Shown in pieces: positions 18,469 to 27,403 of a DNA stretch of 64,000 nucleotides. Made by a program: the position numbers and the translations under genes. The stretch covers positions 224,001 through 288,000 of the forward strand of contig CAWCXJ010000013.1 in NCBI GenBank assembly GCA_963799485.1. The letters are read 5' to 3'. The stretch's first letter is position 1. Each line of letters starts with the position of its first letter. Source of the DNA: an uncultured Trueperaceae bacterium (lineage in GTDB: Bacteria > Deinococcota > Deinococci > Deinococcales > Trueperaceae). Under the pieces are notes generated by a model. It saw nothing but the letters and a program-made list of their open reading frames with translations, was not told where the DNA came from and searched no databases.

Positions 18469-19901
18469 AAGCTGTAACCCCGGTTGGCAGGTACGCTCAG
18501 CTGCACGTTTTGCTGCTCGAGCTCGGCTTGATAACGCGAAGCGAGGTACAAGCAGGGAAACACCCACAAAATCATGCCTGAAACGCCGCCCCAGGCGTTA
18601 CCGAAAGCCAGTTGAGAAATAGCGGCAACGGTAATCCCGATATACGCTGCGTCGGTCACGTTACGTGAGCGCAGACCCCCGCGTAGGGCCGCACCGAGAA
18701 GGGCCGCCGCGCCGCCGACAAAGTAGAGCGTCCCCAAAACGCCGAACGAATATAAAACCGCGATAACCCCGCTGTCCAGGTTTTGCAGCGTGGCTTTCCC
18801 GGCGCTCAGGCTGCTCGCCACGCCGGTACTCCCGAGTCCCCGACCGAGCGGATTTCCGGCGGTAAACTCCGGCAGGCTCGAGTAAAGCTCCAAACGTTCG
18901 TTAAAGCTGACGTCGCTTCCCAAATCGGTAAAACTTTGCAGGCGTTGTGATAAGAGTTCGGCAACCGGCCCCACCGTAAAAAGGGGCGCGGCAACCAAGA
19001 CGAGCAAAAAAAGCGTTCCTAGAAGCCGCGCCCGTAGCCGGAGCGGAAGGCTCGCTGCAACGACGATGAAGCCGACCAACCAGCCTGCCCAGGTCGCGCG
19101 CACAGCGGCCAGCGCGAAGCCCAAAAAGCCGGCTCCCGCGCCCAGTGCAGTCACAAAACCGCGCCCCGTAAAAACCAGCAGCAGGCCCGCCATCATCACC
19201 GCAGCGTAAGGACCGGGCGAGTTGAGAGTGCTGAAAACGCGCACCTCTTGCGGTTCGGAAACGCCGATAGACCCGAGCCCGGCGTTATCCATCCAGTAGC
19301 CGTCCCACGCGGGCAGATAAAAATACTGCACGGCGGCGTAAAGTCCCATTATCAGTAACCCCCAGACGAATACACGCCGCGTCACCTCACGAAACGCCGC
19401 GGCGTGGTGCGTGTGCGTCAGAACGTAGGCTCCGACGATAACGGGTACGCCCCAGGTCAGCAGGTCGAAGGTCGCGGTGACGGGGCCGTTATAAAGAACG
19501 CCCACACTGTAAGCGTAGAGCAGTCCGGTGGCGACAAAGCCCAGCGGCAAACGGTAAGGACGAGGCAAATAAGAAAGCCTCGAGAAAACTGCGAAAAGCG
19601 CCACGCCGGAAACCAAAAAAGGAGCCAGCATAACGAGGCTCGCTTCGGTGTAGCCAATGCGATAGTCGACCAGGCGGCGCACCTCGGGGGTTAAAAACCA
19701 GACCCACCAGGTAAAACCCAGATAGAGCGCGGGGCGACGCCAGAGCAGGAGGGCGGCGGCGAGGGTCGCTACAAGCGGATAGAGAAGCTCGACTACGGCG
19801 GCGAATGGCCCCATAAACCCCGCCGCGCCAACCCCGGCGGTGCTCAGCAGCGCAGCGTAAGCGAGTCTGTCCAGGGGGCCGGCGGGTCTTTGCACCTGCA
19901 C
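18465..19901 (-). CDS. O-antigen ligase/Wzy-like polymerase membrane protein
   Basis: More than 10 TM, RVFSTLNSPG, periplasmic loop ending NPLGRGLG, DSG motif. Lies in a glycosyltransferase operon. Confidence 0.78.
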   Translation of the reverse strand: MQVQRPAGPLDRLAYAALLSTAGVGAAGFMGPFAAVVELLYPLVATLAAALLLWRRPALYLGFTWWVWFLTPEVRRLVDYRIGYTEASLVMLAPFLVSGVALFAVFSRLSYLPRPYRLPLGFVATGLLYAYSVGVLYNGPVTATFDLLTWGVPVIVGAYVLTHTHHAAAFREVTRRVFVWGLLIMGLYAAVQYFYLPAWDGYWMDNAGLGSIGVSEPQEVRVFSTLNSPGPYAAVMMAGLLLVFTGRGFVTALGAGAGFLGFALAAVRATWAGWLVGFIVVAASLPLRLRARLLGTLFLLVLVAAPLFTVGPVAELLSQRLQSFTDLGSDVSFNERLELYSSLPEFTAGNPLGRGLGSTGVASSLSAGKATLQNLDSGVIAVLYSFGVLGTLYFVGGAAALLGAALRGGLRSRNVTDAAYIGITVAAISQLAFGNAWGGVSGMILWVFPCLYLASRYQAELEQQNVQLSVPANRGYSL

Positions 19902-20737
19902 TAGCCCTGACCTCGCCTTAGCGGAGCGGACGTAGCACCGCCGGGAGGCTGATATTTTGCCGGTGGGTCGGGGGTAGGCGTGACGTTTTGCGCTTCCCAG
20001 AGCTTGGCGTAGCGCATAAAGTCGCTGTCGGCCTTGAGCAGCGCGTGCATGAGCCCGCGCGTCCCGAGCCGCCAGCCGCCCCTAGCCAGATAACTCCAAA
20101 AAAACCGCAAAATAGGCCGAACGATGAGGTCTACCGGGCGGGCGCGTACTCCGTTTTGGTCGAGCGCGTGAGCCTCGAGCGTCGCGTAGCGGTTAAACAG
20201 CGAGAAGTACGCGTCCATATCGAGGTCGTTCCAGTGGAGCAGCACCCCCGCGAGCGGTACCGCCCGACCGGGAAAGCGCACCTCTTCGTGAACGCTCATG
20301 GTCTCGTCGTAGGCGCTGTGCTGCCGGTTGTAAAGCCGAATAAAGTTGTCGCGTTTACTCGGTCTCGCCTCATTCGGCAGCAGCACGCCCAAGAAGTCGC
20401 CGCGCCGGTTGACCGCAAAAGCATCTTGTGGGCTGGGCTTGCCCTGCATCACGGCCCTAACCGACTCGGCTAGCTCGCGCGTTACCACCTCGTCAGCGTC
20501 TATATAAAAAATCCAGTCGTGCCGCGCGAGCTCTGCGCCCCGGTTGCGCTGCGCCGAAAACCCGAGCCAGGGCTGCTCGGCGACGCGCGCCCCTAGCGAC
20601 TCGGCAATCTCTCTTGTCGCGTCCGTGCTGCCCGAATCGATGACGAGTACCTCGTCGGCCCAGGCGACGCTGCCGACAGCGCGGGCAATCTTGTCGGCTT
20701 CGTTTTTGGTCATGATTACAGCAGAAAGTTCCGGCAC
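19901..20737 (-). CDS. Glycosyltransferase family 2
   Basis: SAVIMTKNE, IDSGSTD, FSAQRN, IDADE and VHE motifs. Confidence 0.93.
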   Translation of the reverse strand: MPELSAVIMTKNEADKIARAVGSVAWADEVLVIDSGSTDATREIAESLGARVAEQPWLGFSAQRNRGAELARHDWIFYIDADEVVTRELAESVRAVMQGKPSPQDAFAVNRRGDFLGVLLPNEARPSKRDNFIRLYNRQHSAYDETMSVHEEVRFPGRAVPLAGVLLHWNDLDMDAYFSLFNRYATLEAHALDQNGVRARPVDLIVRPILRFFWSYLARGGWRLGTRGLMHALLKADSDFMRYAKLWEAQNVTPTPDPPAKYQPPGGATSAPLRRGQG

Positions 20738-20740
20738 GTG

Positions 20741-21871
20741 CTACTCCTGTCTGGCATTGTCTGGATTTAGCGAAAGTCGGCTCTCACCTTTCGTGGCAAT
20801 TTCAGCCGGGGCCAGTCGTGCCGCGATAAAGCGTCCCAAAACCGCTTCGGAGCAGCGGGTCTGCCAGTAACTTAGAGCTTCTTGGTGTAACCGCTCGAGC
20901 TTTTCGGAATCACCGAGGAGCTCGTCAACAACTCCTTCCAGATTGCTCCAGCTGTCGATCTGCACCGCGGGCAAACTGTCGTAATACCAACGTTTGGGTA
21001 GCTGCTCACAGATGGCAATACAACCGTAGCGGACGGCTTCAAACAAACGAAAGGTTTCAAGCGACGAACCGCGCGGTACCAAACAGATTTTAGTGTCCAT
21101 CAGCCTGCTCGAGTAGCGGTTTTTTTCGTTCTCCAAGGGTTGTCCGCCAGTAAGCAGGTTGCCGGTAAACTGCTCCGTACCTTGAAGGTAAACATTGCGG
21201 TCGGGCCGTTTTTGTTGCAGTGCGCGCGCACTTTCTAGCATCTGTTCGCGCGCTACGGCCTTAGGCGAGCGGAGCCAGTACTTGAGTGAACGCTTGCTGG
21301 GCAGCTCATTATTGACGCTGCCCATAAAGCAAACGTCGGTGGTGCGGTCTTTAAGGGGCATAACAGGTAACGCCTGCTGGTTTGCATAACCCAGCGGGAT
21401 GATATAGGTTTTCGTCGGATAGTTGTGCCCCCGCAATCTGCTAACCAGATAGTGCAGCCGACCGGGTAGGCCGATAAGATGCAGTCTCAAAAACTGAACG
21501 CCGGAGATGATGTTGCTGTAAGTTATTCCGTTGGTGAGGTTTCCTGTATACGTCGGCCAATTTGCGTGAGAACGAAAAACGGCTCTAACTCTACCTAGAT
21601 AGTGCGGAAAACGGCACCACTCGTCGCCCATAAGTACAACGACAACCTTGTCTCCATAGGTGGGGAGTTTATCGACGTTCCAGGTTACGTAAAAAGTTAG
21701 ATTCTTGAGCTCTGATTGTTCTACCGTTTGAAAAGCGCCGGCTAGATAATCGATTTCAATAAACTTTGGATACTCACTTGCTTGATAAGCAAACGGGTTT
21801 AACGGAAGCGCTTTGTACTGACCGGGCAGGCAGACAAAGAAGCGATTAGATAAAGTAGTAGGCTCCGGCAT
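20741..21871 (-). CDS. Exostosin/GT47-like glycosyltransferase
   Basis: C-terminal DVCFMGS...KICLVPRGSSLETFRLFEAVRYGCIAI resembles the exostosin FCLxPxG...RxxEAxxxGCIP motif. Confidence 0.6.
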   Translation of the reverse strand: MPEPTTLSNRFFVCLPGQYKALPLNPFAYQASEYPKFIEIDYLAGAFQTVEQSELKNLTFYVTWNVDKLPTYGDKVVVVLMGDEWCRFPHYLGRVRAVFRSHANWPTYTGNLTNGITYSNIISGVQFLRLHLIGLPGRLHYLVSRLRGHNYPTKTYIIPLGYANQQALPVMPLKDRTTDVCFMGSVNNELPSKRSLKYWLRSPKAVAREQMLESARALQQKRPDRNVYLQGTEQFTGNLLTGGQPLENEKNRYSSRLMDTKICLVPRGSSLETFRLFEAVRYGCIAICEQLPKRWYYDSLPAVQIDSWSNLEGVVDELLGDSEKLERLHQEALSYWQTRCSEAVLGRFIAARLAPAEIATKGESRLSLNPDNARQE

Positions 21872-21877
21872 AGGCTT

Positions 21878-23221
21878 CTAACCGACGCCCCGACTTACTA
21901 AAGACTGCACAACCTGTTTCATATCTCGAAAATCCTCGAGGTTGAGCCACAAACGCGGCGGCGGAACCTTAAGTACGCGCGGAAAAGCAGCGATGATCAG
22001 CAGCAGCCTGACCAGTGAGGTGACAAGCAGAGACGTTCCTGCGCCCATAAGTCCAAACGCCGGTACGAGTACGAGTAAAAGCGGCAAGTTCAGCAGTATC
22101 CCGACACCTTGCAGCGTCGTGATAAAGCCGGGTCGGTCGGTTGCCATAAACGCTTGGGCCAAAACACTGCCGGTTCCTTCAAAGATTGTTACCGCAATAA
22201 GGAGGCGCATCAGGTTTGCGCCGCCGCGAAATTCGGGGCCGTAAAGAAACTCCAGCGCCCAGGGGCCGAGCACGCCCAACACCAGTGCCGAGGCGACAGT
22301 AACAGCTGTGCTGATACGGGTCGTGCGACCCGCCATAGCGACCGCTTCTGCTGCCGAGAGTCCTGCGGCTTGAGGAAAGAGTACCGTGATAACGGCGCTT
22401 TGAAAGATGTTTAGCATGTTAGCAAGGCTTAGTGAAACGACGTAGAGGCCCATGCTCGAGGCGCTCAAAAGACCGACGACGAGCGCCTTGTCAAGTTGTA
22501 AAGACAACGCGCCCAACAGGTCGATCCCGTAAGAGCGCGCACCATACGAAACAAGGTTTTTTGTCGTCTGCCCGAGCCCCGTCCATACAGGCTTGTAGGC
22601 GCGCCATATTTGACCAAACAACCACGCTGAGATAGGCAGACTTGGAACCAAGTAACAGAGCGTAGCGCTAAACGGCGTTAGCCAGCCGAGCAGGGCCAAA
22701 GTTAGAAGCGCCGCCACGGTAGCTGCAGGGCGTAAAAAACGAATGACATTAAAGAGCGCGTAATTCCCTTTGGCTCTAAGTGCTGAAGAAAAGATTTCGT
22801 CCAGCAGCACGGCAGGCGCAAAAAACATCAAGATTTTTGCGCTGCTGATGACCGCGGCGTTATGTTGAGCGAGCCAAAGCGGAATAAACGTGAGGCCTAC
22901 GGCGATGGCTACAGCTCCCGCCAACAATCCTGAGACAACCGAAGCTGCGAACAGCTTCGGTGCGTGCTCCGGCGTTTTCTTGAGGTTGTAGACGAGCGCT
23001 GAAGGTAGTCCCAAGGTAAACGCCTGCGCTAAAAAGAGGGGCCAGACCCCCATCGCTTCTTGCTCGCCGCGCCCTGCCACCCCTAAAAACCGAGCGGTGA
23101 TAACGCCGGTGAGAAGGTTGATAAACAAGATGACGACGCTAATCAGCAGTGTCTGAACCGAGGCGGCGAACATGCCCTTCCCCTGAACGAACACCCCGGC
23201 AGCGCGAAAGAGCCTAGTCAT
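21878..23221 (-). CDS. Wzx-type oligosaccharide flippase
   Basis: ITARFLGVAGRG, LDKALVVGLLSASSMGLY, LYGPEF and PAFGLMGA motifs; 12 or more TM. Confidence 0.88.
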   Translation of the reverse strand: MTRLFRAAGVFVQGKGMFAASVQTLLISVVILFINLLTGVITARFLGVAGRGEQEAMGVWPLFLAQAFTLGLPSALVYNLKKTPEHAPKLFAASVVSGLLAGAVAIAVGLTFIPLWLAQHNAAVISSAKILMFFAPAVLLDEIFSSALRAKGNYALFNVIRFLRPAATVAALLTLALLGWLTPFSATLCYLVPSLPISAWLFGQIWRAYKPVWTGLGQTTKNLVSYGARSYGIDLLGALSLQLDKALVVGLLSASSMGLYVVSLSLANMLNIFQSAVITVLFPQAAGLSAAEAVAMAGRTTRISTAVTVASALVLGVLGPWALEFLYGPEFRGGANLMRLLIAVTIFEGTGSVLAQAFMATDRPGFITTLQGVGILLNLPLLLVLVPAFGLMGAGTSLLVTSLVRLLLIIAAFPRVLKVPPPRLWLNLEDFRDMKQVVQSLVSRGVG

Positions 23222-23364
23222 AACTCGTTATAAAGAGCAGACAAAGAGCCGCTGCTCAGGTATTGGGCTTGTAAAAAACGTATAACGAATAGACACCGCA
23301 ACCATCTTTCTTAAAACGTATTTGGGCTCACCTTAACGGTGCACGACCAGGACGAACACAAGCG

Positions 23365-24543
23365 CTACTCGGTCAGGGTCACCCGCATCCCCGCGCGCAA
23401 GTTGGGCGGCACCGGATAGATGACGCGGGCACCCTCCGAGATACCCAGGACGGCAACCTGAGCGTCGATCTCACCGATGACTTCGACCTCACGCCGGACG
23501 GCAGCGCCCCCTTCGACGACGTAGACGAATCTGCGACCGGGCCCCCGCTGCACTGCGCCGCTCGGTAAGATGATACCGCCGGCGTCGGCGTAGCGGTACG
23601 AGAGCTGGGCGCGGCTCCCGTTCGGAATCGGCTTTGGTGAGGGTTTTAGGCGTGCCGTCACGGTAACGAGCTGCGTTCTGGGGTTGAGCGCACTCGCCGT
23701 GAGAACCTCTGCCGTGTAAGGGTTTCCGGCAAAGGCAAACCTGAGATTGCCTTCGGCGCTAAACTGCTCGGCTACGGGGAGCGGAACCTCAAACGTGACG
23801 AGTTGTTGCTCGGTCGAAGCGACGCTGAAAACAGGAGCCCCCTCGCCGACGAACGCACCCTGTTCGACCACCATCTTGGTGATCACGCCGGTCAGGGGCG
23901 AGGTGATATTGGCCCGGTTCAGCGCCTCTTGTGCCTGGGCCAAGTTCGCCTGCGCCTGCTCGACTTGAAGTTGCAAGAGTTCGACGCTGCCCGCATCGGT
24001 CGCCTGGGTCAGCGTCGCTCTGGCTTGACCGAGCGCGGTTTCGGCAGCTAAAAAGGCGCTCTCGGCAGCGTTTAGCTCGGTCTTGGCGAGCGCGCCGATG
24101 TTGAACAAGTCTTGCGCCTCGAGGTAATCGCTTCTTGCAGCTTCGTAGCTCGCTTCGGCGGCGCGCACGGCGAGTTCGGCCTGCGTCTTCTGGCTCTGCG
24201 CCGTGGCGGTGGCGCTGCTTAAATTGACCTGGGCGCTCGAGAGGACGAACTGGGCGTCTTGTACGGCGCGCGTCAGCGCCTCTGTGCCGAGCTGCACGAC
24301 GACTTCCCCGGCCTCGACAGCGGTGTCTTGGCGTTTGGTCACGGCGAGTACCTGCCCGTTTGTTTCAGCCGTGACCGTAACCTCTTGTTCGGGGCCGATA
24401 ACCGCTGAGGTGGTGCGCGCCCGGCTGAGTTTGCCGAGCGTCGCTTCGACGACCCCGACCGTGCGCGCGGGCTGCGCGTAAGCGGGGCTCCACACCAGTA
24501 GCAGGGTGCTCAACACGGTGCCGAGGACGCGCGCGAGACGCAT
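23365..24543 (-). CDS. Efflux periplasmic adaptor (membrane fusion protein)
   Basis: Signal peptide, lipoyl halves (VTAETNGQV; ITSPLTGVI), long helical hairpin, C-terminal LPSGAV...VYVVEGG. Confidence 0.9.
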   Translation of the reverse strand: MRLARVLGTVLSTLLLVWSPAYAQPARTVGVVEATLGKLSRARTTSAVIGPEQEVTVTAETNGQVLAVTKRQDTAVEAGEVVVQLGTEALTRAVQDAQFVLSSAQVNLSSATATAQSQKTQAELAVRAAEASYEAARSDYLEAQDLFNIGALAKTELNAAESAFLAAETALGQARATLTQATDAGSVELLQLQVEQAQANLAQAQEALNRANITSPLTGVITKMVVEQGAFVGEGAPVFSVASTEQQLVTFEVPLPVAEQFSAEGNLRFAFAGNPYTAEVLTASALNPRTQLVTVTARLKPSPKPIPNGSRAQLSYRYADAGGIILPSGAVQRGPGRRFVYVVEGGAAVRREVEVIGEIDAQVAVLGISEGARVIYPVPPNLRAGMRVTLTE

Positions 24544-25634
24544 CAGTTGGCCCCGTTGCCGGCGCTGGGAACAGCGGGGACGCCGAGCGGCCAGAGTTCG
24601 GTCGCTGCCGCCGCCTGCAACTCGAATACGGCGGTGACGTAGGCGTGCTTGGCGCGGAGCAGCTCGAGCCGGGCGTTCGTGGCGGTGTACTCGCTCTGGC
24701 GCAGCTCGAGGTCGGAAATAAGCCCCCGTGAAAAGCGGTCTTGCTGCAAGCTCAGCCGTGACCTAGCCGCCTGCGCCGCCGACTTCTGGGCGCGGTAGAG
24801 CGCTTGCGCCGCCGTAGTCTGGGCGTAGAGCGTGCGAAGTTGCGCGTTTTGGGTTCGCACCGTTTCGGCGAGGCTGACCTGCGCGGCCCCAAGCGCGGTC
24901 TGGGCGGCCTCGATCTCACGCGCCGAGCTGTAGCTCGGGTCGAGCAGGCCGTTTTGCAAGCGGGCGAGTACCAACGCTTGCTGCACCCCTAGAAACGTCG
25001 GGGTCGCGCTGGCCTGCTGCAAAACCTGCGTAACAGCCGGTAGCGGCTTTTCGGCGGCTGCTTCGGGGATGGGCTCGAGCGGCTCCGTTTCACTCCCCTC
25101 GGGTAGTAGCGCCTGCAAGCTCGAGCGGCTCAGCGTAAGCGTCTCTTCGGCAGCGGCGCGTGTGGCCCTAGCAACGTTTAGGTCGGCCTCGGCCTCACGC
25201 ACCTCGAGTTCGGTCACGCTGCCGCGCTGAAAGCGAATTCGCGCGACCTCGAGCAGCCGTCGGCTCAGCGCTTCGTTTTCGCGTGCAGCCTCGGTCTCGA
25301 GTTCGGCCTGAAGCTGCGCGGTGTAGGCTTGCCCAAGTTCGCTCAGTGCGGTGTAAAGGGCCTGACGCGCCCTTGCCCGGCTCAGCTCGAGACGCTGCGC
25401 GGCCTGTATTTTTTCAAGTGTGAGGGCGAAGGGGTCGGCTTCGGTGCGCGCCAGGTCGTCACGGGCACCTGCAATCTCGAGCTGCGCCGCTGCGACGGCG
25501 GGGCGTTCGGTCGCGCTCTGCAACGCGTCGGTCAGAGAATAGGCGAGTACGCCCGAACTCAAACTCCAGAGCCCCAGGACGAGGGGCAGATAGCGCAACC
25601 TGTTAAAAGCCGGGCTGAGGGTAGCTACGTTCAC
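24543..25634 (-). CDS. TolC family outer membrane protein
   Basis: Signal peptide and repeated RxxxG motifs (RIRFQRGSVTELEV; RFSRGLISDLEL). Confidence 0.8.
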   Translation of the reverse strand: MNVATLSPAFNRLRYLPLVLGLWSLSSGVLAYSLTDALQSATERPAVAAAQLEIAGARDDLARTEADPFALTLEKIQAAQRLELSRARARQALYTALSELGQAYTAQLQAELETEAARENEALSRRLLEVARIRFQRGSVTELEVREAEADLNVARATRAAAEETLTLSRSSLQALLPEGSETEPLEPIPEAAAEKPLPAVTQVLQQASATPTFLGVQQALVLARLQNGLLDPSYSSAREIEAAQTALGAAQVSLAETVRTQNAQLRTLYAQTTAAQALYRAQKSAAQAARSRLSLQQDRFSRGLISDLELRQSEYTATNARLELLRAKHAYVTAVFELQAAAATELWPLGVPAVPSAGNGAN

Positions 25635-27013
25635 GGTTTCTCCAAATCCGGGGTTGCCGAGGGGGTCGGGGTTGCGGCGGCTGGCGCAGACAGTGCCGGC
25701 GACAGCGGCAGGCCGAAAAACCTGTAGAGGTCGAGGAGGGCCGCAGCTGCGTCACGGCGGGCGTCGCGGAGTTCAAAACCGGTTTCAGCGAGGGCGACGG
25801 CGGCAACCTGGGTCTCGAGCGGGGTTCCGGCTCCCAGCGTTTCGCGCCTGCGTACCTCGCGCAAGTTCTGCTCCGCGTTGCGAAAAACGAGTGCGGCCAG
25901 CGCTTCGTCGCGTTGGACTTCGGCTAGGCGGGTACGGAGCTGGGCTGTGGTCGTCGCTGCGTTTTGCTGCGCCGCCCTTAAAGACGCCTCGGCTGAACGC
26001 GCCAATGCGCTCAGGCGGGTCACGTTGTCGAACTGTTCGGGGGCCAGGGTCGCTGAAACCCGCAGTGAAAGCTGCGGGGCCTCACCGTAGCCGTTAAAGT
26101 CGTAACTGTAGCCGACGCGTGGTGCCAGATCGCTCGAGCTGATCGACGCCGACAGCCGGTTTTGCGCCGACACGTCGTAAGCATAGGTCAGGTCGGCAAC
26201 CGGATAAAAGGGGCGCGTCGCACCCGCTTGGCCGATCTGCGCCGCCGCTAGCTCGAGCTCGGCGCGGCGCACCGTAGGCGGCACAAGCGCTTTGCCCGGC
26301 GTGGTGAGCCCCGGCAGCGCCCCGAGTTGCACGTCGCCGACGAGACTACTCAAGGTCGCGCGGGCGAGTTTTACGTCGGCTTCGGCGCTCAAGACGAGGT
26401 TTTGCGCCCTTTGCCGTCCGGCGTCCGCGCTTCGCAACTCGGCGGGCGTCGCCAGACCCCGACCGAAACGGAGCTGCGTCGCCCTATAGCTCGCTGCAGC
26501 AGCCTCGGCGGCGCTGCGCGCAAGTCTCAGCGAGCTCCGGCTGAGCGTCAGCGCCAGGGCGTTTTCAAATGCTCTCGCCTCAAGCTGCGCGCGCACCTCC
26601 CGCCGGTCTAGCCGGGCCCGCTCGAGGTCGATTTCACGCAGCCGCACCACGTCACCGGGCTGCCCGTAACGAAACGGGTAGGCGGTAACGCCGACGCCGA
26701 TACGTGTGTCGGCAAAGGGCGTAAGCTCCGCTGCGGGCGCGTTCGCGGCGACATTTACGTCCAGGGCTACAGGGTTAAGAGCTTGCGCCAGGCCCGCTCT
26801 AGCGGCCTCTACCGCCGCGTCTGCAGCCTCGAGTTCGGGGCGGGTCGCGAGCGCTCCCAAAAACTGTGTCGGCGTAACGCTGCTGGCCTCAGCTAAGCCT
26901 GCGCCTATTAAACACAGCCACATAAGCGCCACAGTTCGTCCCCACTGTCTTGCTCGTTTTACCTGCATAGAGGTTCTGTCCACTGTTCTAGCCACATAGT
27001 CGTATCGTGCCAC
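25631..27013 (-). CDS. TolC family outer membrane protein
   Basis: LRFGRGLATPAEL and RETLGAGTPLE repeats with beta-strand segments. Start uncertain. Confidence 0.78.
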   Translation of the reverse strand: MARYDYVARTVDRTSMQVKRARQWGRTVALMWLCLIGAGLAEASSVTPTQFLGALATRPELEAADAAVEAARAGLAQALNPVALDVNVAANAPAAELTPFADTRIGVGVTAYPFRYGQPGDVVRLREIDLERARLDRREVRAQLEARAFENALALTLSRSSLRLARSAAEAAAASYRATQLRFGRGLATPAELRSADAGRQRAQNLVLSAEADVKLARATLSSLVGDVQLGALPGLTTPGKALVPPTVRRAELELAAAQIGQAGATRPFYPVADLTYAYDVSAQNRLSASISSSDLAPRVGYSYDFNGYGEAPQLSLRVSATLAPEQFDNVTRLSALARSAEASLRAAQQNAATTTAQLRTRLAEVQRDEALAALVFRNAEQNLREVRRRETLGAGTPLETQVAAVALAETGFELRDARRDAAAALLDLYRFFGLPLSPALSAPAAATPTPSATPDLEKP

Positions 27014-27403
27014 AGATTATGTCCTGTCCCGGTAAAATTGTCCGCATTGAGCCTTACCCCTGTGTTGTACGTAGCGGCCTTCAGCTCCAAGTTAAACCTA
27101 GCAGGTATTACATTTGTATTGGTTAGAGGGGCAATGCTGGTTAGAGATAAAAGGTAGAGCCAACGCAGCTGACTGCACTAACAGCGCGGACCGTTACAGT
27201 TACTTGGGACAGGTCCCAAGTACGTTCAAGTTGCGTTTAAGTAAGGTGGTACAATCACCACTCAAGCAAGGAGAAACCACCCCGTGGAAGACCGTTTGCG
27301 TTCAAGTAAGCTTATACAGTCACCGCGGTTCGGCTCGAGGGTCTATAAGACTGAACGAAAAGCGGCGCAGATCAGGTCTGCGCCGCACTACCGTAAACCT
27401 GCC

